Shown: one piece after another, positions 13,108-27,915 of the stretch | Layout of the letters: every line of letters begins with the position of its first letter | Numbering within the stretch: position 1 is the first letter of the stretch | Assembly: GCA_038087875.1 (NCBI GenBank) | Contig: CM075994.1 | Coordinates: 3,784,001 to 3,848,000, forward strand | DNA length: 64,000 bases | Source: Malacoraja senta | Lineage: Eukaryota | Direction of reading: 5' to 3' | Translations under genes and position numbers: made by a program | The notes under the pieces: model-generated | Database searches by the model: none | What the model was told of the DNA's origin: nothing | Seen by the model: only the letters and a program-made list of their open reading frames with translations

Positions 13108-14953
13108 GTAAGATATGTTATGAATTGTTTTTGGAGGTGGGTGGGAGAATGGAACCAAACATATAATTTTGAGAATATATGATGCACAATTTTGACTCCA
13201 GGCAATCAAGTATGACAGGTGACGTCCGCTGCTGACACGTCAAATTTACCTTAAATCAGGTTGCATAAACCACCACAGCATTTACCCTACATTAGACCTA
13301 GCGAAAATAAATTTTGCCACTGTTGAAAGTTGAAAGTTGAAAGTGAGTAAGACCAACAAGGCTATATATAAGTTTGATTGGTGATCTGCTGGTACTAGCC
13401 GGCTTATAACACAACTCTCACTGCAAACGTATCGTTAAACTCAAGTAATGCAATGTACTTTCTCCATTTTGATACCGTAGAATTTTTTTCTAAGTATTTT
13501 GTAAAATATTTCCACGACATTTTGCGAATAATACGTCATATTTTCATAATGAAGTCATAAGTGATAATGCTGTCATCGATTATTCCATAAACGGACCGAT
13601 TCCTATTGGAGAAATCCCTGAGTGTATCTTTCACAGTTGTCCGGTGAGCGCATTTAATTTGTATCGACAAGGCTCTCAAATTACAGAAAGATTAGGCGAT
13701 GGAACTGTTAAATAAAACTGCAAGAAGGACACAGAGGAAGGTAATGGAAGCTCTCTGGAACTGCCATGAAAAACCTTTGTTAAACAGTTTTGTAAGAAGC
13801 CTTTCTGAAAATACACCGAATGAAACGATTACATTTGGAGAGAGTTGCTCCCGGAAATTCCCGAACATAATTGTGGGAGTACACGGTTTTCTGCAGGATA
13901 TTGTGCAAAGCACAACAAATTGGTGCACTTCGGAGATTTATAAACTTAAAGCTAACGAAAACGTGATAAATATATCTAATTTCAATGTGAAATGAAAAAA
14001 TGACCAATGAACAAAATTACATTAGTAATGACGGCTGCCAACTAGTTTAAATTCACGGGATGTTGATGACTTTTTAGTTTTGAATCATTAGCCTACCGTT
14101 TATCCATCGGCAATACTCTCAATCGGGTGATTTCATTTCTGCATTGAGTGCTTGAACTTTTCACGTGTTTACATATGACCCTACGTGCTGAAAAAAAGGT
14201 TGAAACTCTTTGCATGTTACTCCAGCAAGCTAAATTGCAGCAATATAATTTTTTCCGATTGTCATAACCTTTCACGAGCAGATATCTGTTGTATCGCCAT
14301 TTCGATGGCAATAATCTTTGCAAGTCCCAATCGAGCCCTGTCCAACAACGTCGATGTTTACAGCAGCGCTTCACAGCCATCCACAAACGATAAACGTGAA
14401 TAACTCCGTAGATTACAAATATGAACGGTAACATTTACTTCATTACTACAGTGCAGAAATATCCTGCGTGTCCCGCGAAAATAAATTACATTCATAATGG
14501 TAACCACATTACATGTCTTTCGTCGTCATTATTAAACATTTGCCACTGCAACTGTTATTTTCAACTTCATGACTTGAAAAATAGAATGACAAATATGTAT
14601 AATGATGGTCTGTACATAATAAATATGTATTCTATATTTCCATTTGACTTATCTTCTCCCAATGAATCTAAAAGCAGTGTAAACATTTCTAAACCATATT
14701 TCGCGATGTTCTGCTTCTCTGCTCATTGCACTCGTTTATCTCACAACAACTCTCGCAAAATCACAATTTTTTTTCTAATTATCGGTGTACACTTCCATAG
14801 AAAGAGCAGAACTAGATTGTTTATTCACGAAATTCATTCTGCCATCATTCATTCCGTTTTATCATTTCGCTAACCGTGTGTTAAAAGCAGACACGTTGAA
14901 CGGAAAGTTTATGTATTCTTACAATATGTTGATGTTTGTTCATTTTTCCGCAG

Positions 14954-14980
14954 AGAAACTTTTAAAACTAAAGGATGAAG
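14954..14980 (+). CDS. Microexon, 27 nt, EKLLKLKDE
   Basis: catttttccgcag|...AAG|gtatga. Confidence 0.85.
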
Positions 14981-15529
14981 GTATGAGAGCATGCATTGTG
15001 GAAGTAAACTGGATATTTACTTTCTTTTGTGAACATCCGAAATGAATCCTACAAATTCATTTTGTACTCCTCATTTGATTCATTTTACCAATTCTATTGA
15101 AAGCAATTTGTTTTATGAAAGAGACGTATCGTAAATTTAGTGCAAGTATTCTACCCGTCTTTTACACCATGCAATACACTTGAAAGCTAAGTGCGATTTA
15201 TTCGTGGGTGGCGAATATAGCAATGAAAAAAATAACAAATTATTTTACCCGTGTAGTGACTTGAAAGGTTTTACATGTGGTGATTGGAGAGCAGGTTTTA
15301 CTGTTCTCTGGAAACACGATCGTAATCACTTCTCAGGGAGGTCCTTCAAGTGGCCAATCGAATCATCGTTCAATTGAATCTATGGGTGAAAATAGACTTT
15401 ATCTTGCGTATTTTCTCGGATTGAATTAGTTCTTTGTCATACTTGTGGCGTTGTTTCGTTGGGGAGCAGCAAATCCACGACAAATCACAATTCACAATTT
15501 GTAAAAAGCGAAATTGGCAGGTTCGGGAT

Positions 15530-16435
15530 TAGATTTATATTAGCCACGTATGTAGAGGTACAGTGTAAAGCTTTGTTTTGCATGCTGTCCAATTAGACCA
15601 GATACTACTACACATAAATATAATCGTCAAACTAAAGCACAATAGATAGAGCAAAGGGAACATACAGCATGCATAATACAGTTCTCAACATATTGGCGCT
15701 TCAGTTCCACGGATAAAGTCCAATGCCCGCAATGGGGTAGACATTCATTGTACCGTACTCTGACTTATGTAAGGGCTGTACGGAGGCCAGATAACAGCGA
15801 GGAAGTAGATGTTTCTGAAGCTGGAGGAGCGCTTTTTCACGGTTTCATTACATCTGCCGAACGGAAGAAGGAAGAAGAAGGAATGACCATGGAATGGTTC
15901 AACTGTCTCGTTTGGTTGACTTATTTTCCGAGGCAGCTTGAAGTGTATATGAAGTCAATGTGGAGATTCTGGTCTGTTTGATAGACTGGGATGCATCTAC
16001 AAATCAGCAATTTATTGCGATTTGGGGGTGATTTGTTCCCTAACGCAGCTGTGAAGAAACCCGGCAGTATGTTCCATCTGCAGAAGTTTGATAGTCATTA
16101 GAGACCTGCCGAATTTCCTCAGAGTAGATGTATTAGTGTGCCTTATTTCCTTGTCGCACCATTGTGGTTGGCCCACGACAGATTTCCTGCCGTTGGTATA
16201 CTAATGCCAAGGAACTCAAAGCTCTCGACTATGTCCATGTAAGCGCTATAGATGCTTATTGGGACATCTGCTCCACCATGTTTCCTGCAGGCGTTGCTGA
16301 TTCCTAGCTCCTGCAGTTTGGAGATGAGTGTGGAGATGAATTTAGATGCGATCGTGGTGTTTAAGGCAGAGATGTGTTCGATAAACCGGAGTCTAACGTT
16401 GGAATCTTTGTTGCCTAGATGTTTCAGAGATTAGT
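15530..16435 (-). mobile_element. Old LINE fragment (Rex1/L2-like)
   Basis: Degenerate RT-like minus-strand sequence with a LINE-type 3' tail near 15540. Confidence 0.5.
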
Positions 16436-16799
16436 TTAAAAAATATCACCGAAATCCTAAAGCCTTTGAGTGCCTTAGCTGACATTTCAGAAAATGCTAT
16501 ATTCATGCCATAAAACAATCAAAACTTAGGGCGGCAATATTGTTTTTTGAGAGAAACTGCAATGTACCACTTAACTCAAAACGTTGAGAATAAAATGCCG
16601 CTGACAGTTCTCCACCCCTTACAAAAGAGAGTTTTGGTTGGACGTTTAATCAAACTACAATGTAATTCATACGCCCCTTCTTCTGGCTAAAACGTATTCG
16701 AAGTAATGTGGTTTGTCCATCAGAATGTCCAGATCTATCGAGCTAATAATGTTTACAACGAAAATACAGCTATTTTGTATGTTGGATTCTGTTTTGGGG

Positions 16800-16804
16800 A
16801 GAGT

Positions 16805-16835
<31 letters not shown>

Positions 16836-16838
16836 TGA
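16800..16838. repeat. (GA)n microsatellite
   Basis: Seen directly. Confidence 0.95.
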
Positions 16839-17674
16839 GCGATGGTTCGTAATTACTTTGTTATTTGTTATGTTTCCTCAGAAATCGAATATCTTCGCAA
16901 ACAAGCGGGTAATATAAATCAGATGATTTGCTTCTGGATTTCTGGTTACGTGCAATGTTTCTCTGACAACAATAAATGTTGTCGAGCCATTTGAAAAGTA
17001 AAATGAACTTTTCTTGATCAACTGTCAAGAGACAGACATACTGAATTGGCCCATCGATCCGGATCTGAGTGAAATACAAACAAATCGCTCCGCCTGTTCA
17101 TCCCTTACAACTTATTCTCCTTTATATTCTCATCATCTGCCGCGCACCGTCGCATTTTACCACTTTACTGCGTACAATTAATAACAATCAGTTAAGTTAC
17201 GAACACATCTCTGAGGTAAAGGAAGAATGGATTAGTATGCTGGGCTTATAATGTTCGCAAAACTCTAATGAGTACTAGAATAACTGAGTCCGCGTAAATT
17301 TCATTTTATTACACTAAGTCCTCATGATTCGCGACGTTCAGAGGACTCGGACTGCCCGCGGATAACAAAAAGCGGAGGCTTTTAAGGCCACTGACAATTA
17401 CACGAGGATGAGACGGCGTGCAGCGATGAACTTCTCCCTTTTCCAGTAGTGTGAAATAATTCCAGAAATAATCCCTGAAGCAATTCCAAAATCATAAAAT
17501 TTTCCATTTATTACATACGACTTTCCATGGTTAGAAATATTGCAATATTGGCGGCACAACAAAAAAATAGGCAGATTTTTACCCGAGCATTTCACTAGGT
17601 GCAAATCACGTAATTTCAGGAAAACTCTCCACTGGATGTACCAAATCCACATACCCACCCGTTTACACCATTTC

Positions 17675-17880
17675 AAAGGTTCAAAGGGTCAAAGGAATTT
17701 TATTGTCACGTGTACCAATTAAGATACAGTGAAACTCGATTTACCATATAGTCATACTGAAAAAAAGCAACAAGACACATGACTACATAAAAGTTAACAT
17801 AAACATCCACCACGGCGGATTCCCTACATTCCTCACTGTGATGGAAGGCTGAAAAGTCTAATCATCTCCACTCTTTATGT
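17675..17880 (-). mobile_element. Interspersed repeat 3' fragment; related pieces at about 60345-60680 (-) and 62200-62860 (+)
   Basis: Shared aaacatccaccac...acattcctcactgtgatggaaggc motif. Confidence 0.6.
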
Positions 17881-17950
17881 GATCAGAATGTTTGTCTTGT
17901 GGATGCATCTGACGCCCTAAAATGTTTAAGAATTGTATTCTGGTCTTCAG

Positions 17951-17986
17951 CAATAGTTCGTCCCACTACATCCACGATCGAAAAAG
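17951..17986 (+). CDS. Microexon, 36 nt, AIVRPTTSTIEK
   Basis: ttctggtcttcag|...AAG|gtaaga; contains a Pro, a possible coiled-coil hinge. Confidence 0.7.
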
Positions 17987-20320
17987 GTAAGAAAAGCACT
18001 TGAAATTACTGGACATGTTTCGAAGCTGGCTAAGATGCTTACGGCCCCGCATAGACGATAGCCCATCAGTGGATAATTATGCGTCGATTATAGATTCTGC
18101 TCTATTGTATGATATTACAAATCACGAATTAATGCAACATACAAAGAGTGATTGCAAACAATTTAAGCATTGGCAATGATCTGTTACTTTACGTGCTCTA
18201 CATAAGCATAATTTTTGGGGGGTTTCAAAATCAGTCACGCTGCTACTTTCTCCCTGGGAAGTATATGTTTTAAACAGTTAGATACTGTACACGTAATAAC
18301 TTGAAACTAGTTATGATTATGTTACATATCTGTTTTCAAATTTCGATACGAAAACTAACAGACGAAATAGGTGACCCTTGCAACCGTGTTTTGCTTTAAT
18401 CATTATTGGCATTAAAGAATGCAAATTCGATCAAACAGTGCGATATCACGTGATAAATATTCAAAATGTTGTAATACTTATGTAACAAGCCGCTATAAGT
18501 ACCGATGCTTGTTCGATGTACTTGTGCTTTAAAATCTGTAAACAAAATTGATGGATTGATCTCAGAAATAAAATAAACCATGATCTCTGATAGACAGAGA
18601 TGTTGCTTATTTTTAACATCTGACTTCTAACAAGAACGTTCACATTAGAGAATAAAATGTAGTAAGATATGCACGACAAGGACAGGTGCTATTCAATTCG
18701 ATCAAGAGCTGTTGTTACCAGGACATTCCCCCGACATCTCTTGTTTCCCTTTCCCACGACTTTCAGCCAGAAGAAGGGTCTCGAGCGGAAATGTCACCCA
18801 TTCCTTCTCTTCCGGTGTGCTGCCTGTCCCGATGAGTTACTCCAGCATTTTGAGACTATCTACGAATTTAATAGATGTATGTTATTCCCAATGGAATGAA
18901 CGAGGCCGAGGAATAACATTATGGGCGTTTATAAAATCATAAAGGGCATGGGTAGAGTGGATAGGTCAGATAGAGTTCATTTTACTTCCGGGGCCGGGAA
19001 CGCTAGAACTAGAAGGAACATGTATAAGGTGGGAGGGACGATATTTAGCAGATATCTGTGCGGTAGGAGTTTCACGGACAATGTTGCGATTATCTATAAA
19101 GACCTATTGTGTGAGACTAGTGAGGGATGAATTTACAATACTTAACGGCATTTTCATTATGTATAGAGGAAATACGTATAGGACAAACACCGACTGAAAA
19201 CAATAGATAGATATCACGGTCGTTATAGGCGATAACGTCGAAAAATCCCCTAATTGTGCACCATGATTCTACGATTTCTGGCATATTTCTGATAGTAATT
19301 TCCATAACATTTACTCCCTTCAATGCCAGGATATACTTACGTAACAAACATTTAGTCATTTATATCGAGAACTATTCATTCAAAAATGTTCAGGATTCTT
19401 TCAACGAATAAGTATGTTTCTGGAGGCTTTCATTATAAGCGGACACTAATTGTTTGTATGGTCCAACTACTTGTATTGATTAAGTTCACATTTGGCTAAT
19501 TGCTTCTGCAAGGATAATTCAATGTCCGATTGTGTGGACCTGTTCTCTCCCCTGCCAACTACGGTATTAACTGGAGGTATCTAATAGTTGAAGGAATACG
19601 TAGGAAGGACGTAAATTAAAGTAGTAAAATTATTACAAAATCTTGCAATATTTATGTGCATTTATTTCCAATACAACGAAATAGATCCAAAATATTGCGC
19701 TATCTATAAGGGAAAAAATAACTGATTAACTGTCCTCGTCTTTTCAATCACAGTTGTTGGTCTTATTGAATTTAACATATCCTCGTTACATATAGAATGG
19801 TTTTACAATGCTCATGAACAAAAACAATTCGATGAAGTTCACAATCCTTGTAGGCGCATTTCCTTGTTGACTTAAAGGAACTGCATTGCTCAATTGAGAA
19901 AAGAAGAAGACTAGTAAGATGCATCCATTTATATAATCCAGAAATGTAGCACTGGCAACCAGATTTTGGGTGCTGTGTCCTACAAATGGACAGAATTCAG
20001 AGAAAGTTTGTTGGGTTCTTGATGTTTCCTCCTCCTCAACTGGCCGCAAGTAACTGGTATGAGAACTTTTTGAGAACTTGTCAACATCTCTTTGAAAACG
20101 TGGTGTTTCGAAGAATATCCATGCAGGGTAGTGGGAAGTTCGCAATTTCAACAACTGACGTCACTTTGCGAATATTTGGGAAGATGTAAACCAATAGCTT
20201 TCTTTGGTTTATTGTTTGTGAAAAATGAACTATTGTCTCACTGCAAGGGCACTGTTCATTCAAAACATTAACCACCTTACAAAATAGTTAAGCTGAAAGT
20301 AGCAAATAATAATATGAAAC

Positions 20321-20520
20321 TGTAAACGACTTTACAGACACAGGTCTGGAGTTTAAATAATCTTTAATCATGAGGTATAGGAGAGCAGTACAGTAGGTTG
20401 TTAGTTCATCGCTTCTACTAGTATAACTACGTAATGTAGGACATGGGTGTTAATATAAAGTGTACAGTAAGGTGGAGTTAGTGCTGCTACATTACTGTGA
20501 TTGGTTCACATGCAATAACA
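20321..20520 (-). mobile_element. Putative solo LTR
   Basis: TG...CA termini and a layout resembling the LTR at 51918; only a 3-bp aac flank repeat. Confidence 0.4.
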
Positions 20521-20554
20521 AACCTACAGAAACTATGATATATTTCCCAAACAG

Positions 20555-20581
20555 ATAGACTACTGAGGCAAAAAGATGACG
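20555..20581 (+). CDS. Microexon, 27 nt, DRLLRQKDD
   Basis: tatttcccaaacag|...ACG|gtaagt. Confidence 0.85.
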
Positions 20582-21635
20582 GTAAGTATGTGACCTTATT
20601 TTACTTGCTACCAGCAAGATTTTGTTTTATCGTAAACCCGTAAAATGGTTCCTTTTCAGAGACCCATTTGCTGCTGATTTTCAGATGAATTGTTACGATC
20701 TTTTATTCTCTATTCTTATGGATTTTTCATGCTCAAATACTGTGCACCAGTCCCCTCGAAATATATTTCGTCTATACGTTTTCGTTGTTATGGTAACACA
20801 TTCACTTAGTACGTGAAGAATAGTCCAGTAGAGTTATAACACTGGCAGCTACCTAACTGCGCAAAAATAGTATTTTCCTTCCCTGAAGAAAAATAATTTA
20901 CTTCCGCTACATATTGACATGTCGAACTGCTGTCAATCATCCGCAAAGTGAGGAAAGTTGCCATGAACAAAGTTTTAAATATAAAGATACTTTTATCATT
21001 GGCGAACTATGTTTCGGCATGAACATTCAAATCTAATCCCTCGTCAAGGCCTTTAATTAAACAAAACTCAATTCACTGAATGCCACCAAGCGAAGGCTGT
21101 TGTTATCATGTGAGCGAATGGCCGAGTGCGACAAAACGCATCTCTGGTGAAAGTGCATTCAAATGGCATTCAGGTGCAAGGAATGAATGGGCAGAAATAA
21201 TATAATCTTGGAATCGGTGACCATTTATCTCAGCCCCAGAGATTTACTGAAATAGATTTTCACCCCATTGCCAAACTACCCTTCAGACTTGTGGGTTAGA
21301 ATCTGATGTTGTACCAGATTTCACCTGAATTTGGTCGCATCTCAAATATTTGAGGCCACCATTATGTTGGTGTTTTCTTCCTGGGAAATGCATACTGCAA
21401 TGGTGGCAGCATTGCGAACCGGGTACCTACTTGGTCCATCTGGTTTGGGAATCTGTCCAACTTGGGTGTCCTTGTTCATCAGTCACTGCAAGTAAGCATG
21501 CAGGTAGAGCAGGCAGAGACGAAAGTAAATGGCATGTTGGCCTTCATGACATGCGTTGAATATAGGAGCAAAGAGGTTATTCTGCAGTTGTAAAGGCCCT
21601 AGTTAAACCACACCTGGAGTATTGTGTGCAATTTT

Positions 21636-24600
21636 TGTATGAAGTATGAATAACACTGTCGTTTAACACAAAGTCGTATATTCAGATAATATACAGACAC
21701 CATGGCGTTGGCCTCCATAAGGATCAACATCAAGGATCAAAATGAGTCTTAACTAATTGCGTACCATCAGATGGCATAGGGAAAACCCGGCATGTATCGT
21801 GGATCGGGTCAGCAATAACAAAACCAGACATAGATCAAATCAGCAATAGTGATTGATCTACATCTACCTTCTTGGGTTTTTGCCCCATAAGCTAAATACT
21901 AAGAATGCAAAAACATAATTTATATGGATGTAAAAATAACTACAAACTACAGCGAAGCGGCGGAGGATGAAATCTAGAGTACGAGTAAGTAATGTCAGTT
22001 AGAGTCCAAAGATCGCATCGAGACATAGTCCTTGCATCTGGGATTCGGCTTGCAGACCCGTCCCGCACTTGCCCGGTACGGTCCCCCAGTTGTGCTCTTT
22101 ACAGGTGATGCCACCACAGGCATAACAGTCGCAGGGAGTTTCTTCACAGGCGACGATTTTACCAGCACAGGTTAATGGAGGATTATTCGACAGGCCTTAA
22201 ACGAGATTTTACCATCGGCACCGGGCCCATTGGCGGTTCTTTCACTGGTGTAGAAACAAACTCCTGATCCTAGAATTGTTCATGGTCTGCCGTTACATTT
22301 CCATATTTAAAAAAATCATTACCATCTTTTGTCCACAACACGTCATCTGGGTTGTCCATAAAATCGGACAGGACTCGCTGCGATGGCACCGGTTCATTCA
22401 CCGGTAGGATATGTTTCCGGTTCTGTCCGTAAAGACCACCTTCCGACTGAACCGAATCTTGGCTCTGCGCATATCTCCTTGACCATGCCCATGCGATCGA
22501 ACCCCTGCTGGTTCTGCAGCCGGACAGTCTGTCTCTCTGTTAAGGATTTGTGTGGACCACTGAATCGATTATAGCAAGCCTTTTGAGTTAGCCTTTTACG
22601 GTGCCTGAACGACCTGAGGCTCATCAGACCCGGCTCTGCTGGACTTTCCTAGGACATCTTTTGTACGGCGGACAGCGTGTTCTGTCTGTCCATTCAATTG
22701 ACGATATTCAGGACTACTAGTGATATGCTTAATGTCCCATTCTGTCTTTAAATCGCTGGCTCGTGAGTTGTCCAGCATTGACGGATATAACGATCATTGG
22801 CGTCCCATGAACCGAGACGTGTGTCCTTAGTTTTAGGATGACTGCGGCCGCAGACGTAGAGCGAAGCAAATGAATTTCGTACCACCCCGGATTAAGAGTC
22901 TACCAGGACCAGGTATTGATAACCGTGCCAGTCAAAGATGTCGGTAGTCACTAGGGACGGAGTTAGGTCAGGCGCAGGGTGTAGCAGAAGTGGCGTTTTG
23001 CTGGTGTGGCGTCATGCTGTTGCATATAGCGCAAGACTGCACCCTCTGGCGTATATTGGCCGTCATTGCAGACCAGAAAAACATACTCTTTGCCCGTTGA
23101 ACGGTGGCCTCTGAACCGGGATGTCCCCTGTGTACGCCGTCAACGTAAGCCTGTTGGAGTGATGCCGGGATCGCTACCTTGTGTCCCTTCTTGATGACTC
23201 CATCTTCAATTGCGAGTTCGTGTCTGACGGGAGAGTAGGGCTGAACAGCAGCTGGAAGCATGTGCTGCTTGCTAGGCCATCCGTGATTGATGATCGAGCC
23301 GAGCGTTTGCAGAGTGGCTTCCTCTGCCGTGCGAACCACCAATGTATCCAGACAAAATGGAAGAATGTAATTGACCGTCTTGACATCAAAAGTGTCCTTT
23401 CAATAGCGTGCTGGTCATTGGTCTTCCTGGGGGCTCGAGACAGAGTTTCAGCCAGGTACATGAGCTTGCCACGTTTGTAAACGAAAGTGATGTCATACAT
23501 TGGAGCTTTAGCATCAATCTTTGCAGTCTTGCCGGAGCAGCATGTATAGGCTTGTTTAAAGCAGGGACCAAATGCTGATCGTCTGTTTCTATGTTCAAAG
23601 GTTTCCAAAAGATGTAGTAGTTACATTTGTCACACGCAAAGCAGACCGCCAGCAATTCCTTCTCGATCTGAGCATATCTTGTCTCCGTGTCCGTCATTGT
23701 TCTGAAAGCGTATGCAATAGGCTTTTCGCCCTGCAGGCGCGCCACGCCGAAGCCGTACTGAGAAACGTCGTAGTTAAGTGTAACAGGCTGATTGACATCG
23801 AAATATTCCAGGGTAGGAGAGACGACATCTGTTGTTTGAGTGTGTCACAAACACTTTGTTGCTGTTCATGCCACGTCCAGGCAGCGCCTTTGTGAGTTAG
23901 ATGCCGCAGGGGCGCCGAGAGCTCACTGAAATTGCGAATTAATTTCCCAAGGTATTTAACAATGCCCAGAAATCTCTGCAGGCTGGTGACATCAGTTGGT
24001 GCTTTCATCTCGCTGATGGCGGCCATCTTGGAAGGCTGTCACCTGATTGATACGAAATTTACACTTGTGAGGATTGAGTTTCAAGTGTACCTCTCTGGCA
24101 CGATCGAGCACCTTCTTCAAGTTGTCATCATCTTCCTTCATGTCTCTGCCCGCAACGATAATGTCATCGACGATGATCGCGCACGGGTATCTGTCGAAGA
24201 CCTGTTCCATAGAGTATTGAAACACCGCGCTGGCCGAATTGATACCGAATGGCATCCGAGGGAACCTGTAGCGGCCGAAAAAAGTGCTGAAGATGGTGAG
24301 CCTAGACGATGCGTTGTAGACAATAGACTATAGACAATAGGTGCAGGAGTAGGCCATTCGGCCCTTCGAGCCAGCACCGCCATTCAATTTGATCATGGCT
24401 GATCATCCCCATGACTTCTCCCCATGCCCCTGACTGCGCTATCATGAAGAGCGTTATCTAGCTCTCTCTTGAAAGTATCCAGGCAACCGCCCTCTGAAGC
24501 AGAGAATTCAACAGACTCACAGCTTTCTGTGAGAAAAAGTGTTTCCTCATCCTCGTTCTAAATTGCTTACCCCTTATTCTTAAACTATGGCCCCTGGTTC

Positions 24601-27600
24601 TGAATTCCCCCAACATTGGGGGAATTCAGAACCAGCGTCGGGGGAATGTCATGCCTCTAGCGTGTCCAAACCCTAAATAACCTTATATGTTTCAATGAGA
24701 TACCCTCTCATCCTTCTAAACTCCAGAGTATACGAGCCCAGCCGCTCCATTCTCCCAGCATATGACAGTCCCGCCATCCCGGGAATTAACCTTGTAAACC
24801 TACGCTGCATTCCCTCAATAGCAATAATGTTCTTCCTCAAATTAGGGACCCAATCTGCACACAATATTTGAGATGCGGTCTCACTAGAGTCCTATACAAC
24901 TGCAGAAGGACTTCTTTTCTCCAATACGCAACTCTTCTTGTTATAAAGGCCAACATGCTATTCGCTTTCTTCACAGCCTGCTGTACCTGCATGCTTACTG
25001 ATTGACTGATGAAGAAGGACGCCCAGATCCCTTTGTACTTCCGCATTTCCCAAGTTGATACCATTTAGATAGTATCTGCCTTCCTGTTTCTGTTACCAAT
25101 GTGGATAACCTCACATTTATCCGCATTAAGCTGCATGTGCCATGCATCTGCCCACTCACCCAACCTGTCCAAGTCACCCTGCAGTCTCATAGCACCCTAC
25201 TTGCAGTTCACACTGTCACCCAGCTTTATGTCATCTGCAAATTTCCTAATGTTACTTTGAATCCCTTCATCTAAATCATTGATGTATATAGTAAATAGCT
25301 GCGGTTCCAGCATCGATCCTTGTGGTACCCTACAAGTTACTGCCTGCCATTCTCAAAGTGACCCGCTAATCCATACTCTTTGCTTCCTGTATGCCAACCA
25401 ATTTTCTATCCGTCAGCACTCTACACCCAATAGCATGTGCCCTAATTTTGCCCTCTAATCTCCTATGTGGGACATGATCAAATGCTTTCTGGAAGTCCAG
25501 GTACACTACATCCACTTGCTCTCCCTTTTCCATTTTCCTAGTTACATCCTCAGAAATGTACAGAAGCTTAGTCAAGCATGGTTCCCCTTCGTAAATCCAT
25601 GCTGACTCGGACCTATCCTATTACTGCTATCCAAATCTGCCGCTATTTCATATTTTATAATTGACTGAAGCATCTTCCCCACCACCGATGTCAGGCTAAC
25701 TGGTATATAATACCCTGTTTTCTCTCTCCCGCCTTTCTTAAAAAGTGGGATAATATTAGTTACCCTCCAATCAACAGGAACTGATCCTGAATCTATAGAA
25801 CATTGGAAAAGTATCACCACTGCGTCCACGATTTCCAGAGCCACTTCCTTAAATACCCTGGGATGCGGACCATCAGGCCCTGGGGTTTATCAGCCTTCAG
25901 TCCCATCAGTCTACCCAACACAATTTCCTGCCTAATGTGCATTTCCTTCAGTTCCTCCATCATCCCAGATCCTCTGGCCACTAGCATATCAGGAAGATTG
26001 TCTGTGTCCTCTGTAGTGAAGACGGATTCAATGTACCTGTTCAACTCATTTGCCATTTCATTGTTCCCCATATTAAATTCGCCTTTTTCAGTCTTCATGG
26101 GTCCAACTTTGGTCTTAACTATTTTCCTCTTTCCGTACCTAAAGAAGCTTTTACTATCTTCCTTTATATTCTGGGCTAGCTTACTTTCGAACCCCATCTT
26201 ATCTCCCCTATTGCCTTTCTAGTTATGTTCTTTTGCTCTTTAAACATTACCCAATCCTCTTTATCCCTGCTCATCTTTGTTATCTTGCACTTTTTTGTAT
26301 ACTGTCCCTGACGTCCCTAGTCAGCCACGGTTATCCCTTACTCTCCTTGGGATCTTTCTTCCTCTTTCGAATATACTGATTTGATCCTGCACCTTCTGTA
26401 TTACTCCCACAAATGCCTGCTATTGTTGTTCCACTGTCATCCCTGCGAAGGTATCTTTCCAGTCAACTGTGGCAGCACCTCCCTCATGGCTCCATAGTCC
26501 CATTTATTCAACTGTAACACCGACACCTCCGATTTACCATTCTCCTCTCCAATTGTAGATTAAACTTGACCATATTATGGTCACTAACTCCTAATGGCTC
26601 CTTCACCTCGTTCCTTTATCAAATCCGGTTGCCCAGAGCAATTTGCCAGAAAGAGCTCTTGGCCTCTAACACAGAGAAAACTGTCACCTTTCCCATGTGA
26701 GCAGCTACTTCCTCTCCGGTACGCATGGGGTGATATTGCTTTTTGAGTGCGGTGTTCAGGTCCCTGGGATTGATACATACGCGCATCTCCTGTTTGTTCT
26801 TCTTGATGGCAGCTAACCTTGAGGCACCCAGTCAGTGGGTTCCGAAACAGGTATGATGACTCCCTGTGCTTCCATTCTGTTTTGTTCGGCTTTGACCAGG
26901 TCCCGCTTGCCAATCAGAATGCGGTTAGCAGGACGAACCACGGGTCTTACATCTGGGTCAAGAGTCATATAATATGATATCGGTAGCTTACCAATAACCT
27001 CGGTAGGATCGTGGTAGCCTGTGAGAATACGCTGTGCTAAATCAGGAACTGGAGTCAGTTGATGAACAACCTTGCTGAACAAAACTAGTCCCATATCTGT
27101 GCAGGCATCAGCACCCAAGAGCTGCACCATTTGCCAGACACAATAGACAATAGGTGCAGGGGTAGGCCATTCGGCCCTCCGAGCCTTCGACGACGTAGAA
27201 CTGCAACTTGTATGATTTTTCCCCTGGATGGCACTGCAGCTTTACCATTCCGAAAGGGTTAACTTCACTGCCCCGTGCGCTAGGAGGGTGAGGTTACATG
27301 CTTTTCATTGCTCACCATTCTGAATGCGAGTGAATTCCGTTTAAGACTTAACATTGCTTTTGTCTCCAGTGTATATTTTCATCCCAGTTACGATATTGTT
27401 TACCTTCACTGTGGCCATGGGTTCGCTGTTCCGTACATTTCTCCCCTCAATGGAATGTGTTTACAGCATCATGCCGTAGACCTTGGCCATTTCATCCGTA
27501 CTGTTATCATATGTATCAGACAAAGACTCTGAATGTAGCAGATGTACACATTGTTTTGCCTCTTTGCTGAGACCGCATGGTCGAGATCTACAGCGTTTCC

Positions 27601-27915
27601 AGAAATGATTGCGTGTTGTGCGGCCGAGGCAGATTTGGCCAAAAGCATGAAATTTCTCCCTCTTTGCAACATGAGCACCTCCACAATTAGTGCACACGGT
27701 AATAATTCGTGTCACAGGCTTATCAAGCTGTGTTTTCATTGCTATCCCAGGCTTCTGCAGTCTTGGAAACGCAGCCTGGACAGTATCAATTCCCGAAGTG
27801 GAATGCTGTGCCTCTGTCAGCGTTCTGGCGTTACGAATAATTAACTCATAATTCTCGCAAATGGAGACAGCCTTGTCCAAAGTTAAGCTAGGGTCGCGGT
27901 AAGCCCGTGTCCTGA
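21636..27915 (-). mobile_element. Decayed Gypsy/Ty3 LTR retrotransposon (gag, RT, RNase H, integrase, putative 3' LTR about 21636-21862)
   Basis: MPFGINSA, AIIVDDII, TETRYAQIEKELLAVCFA, HRGHPG...C-x2-C; PPT-like aagaaggtagaTG next to the LTR. Confidence 0.9.
24317..26627 (-). mobile_element. CR1 LINE (2.3 kb) inserted into the Gypsy RT
   Basis: ORF2 fragments; flanked by gttg; removing it restores Gypsy FWQIALGNASSRLTIFS. Confidence 0.9.

Noticed and set aside
13687..13740. 54-nt candidate exon
   Set aside because: Stops in all three frames.
17192..17215. 24-nt candidate exon
   Set aside because: TGA in the array frame and a poor pyrimidine tract.
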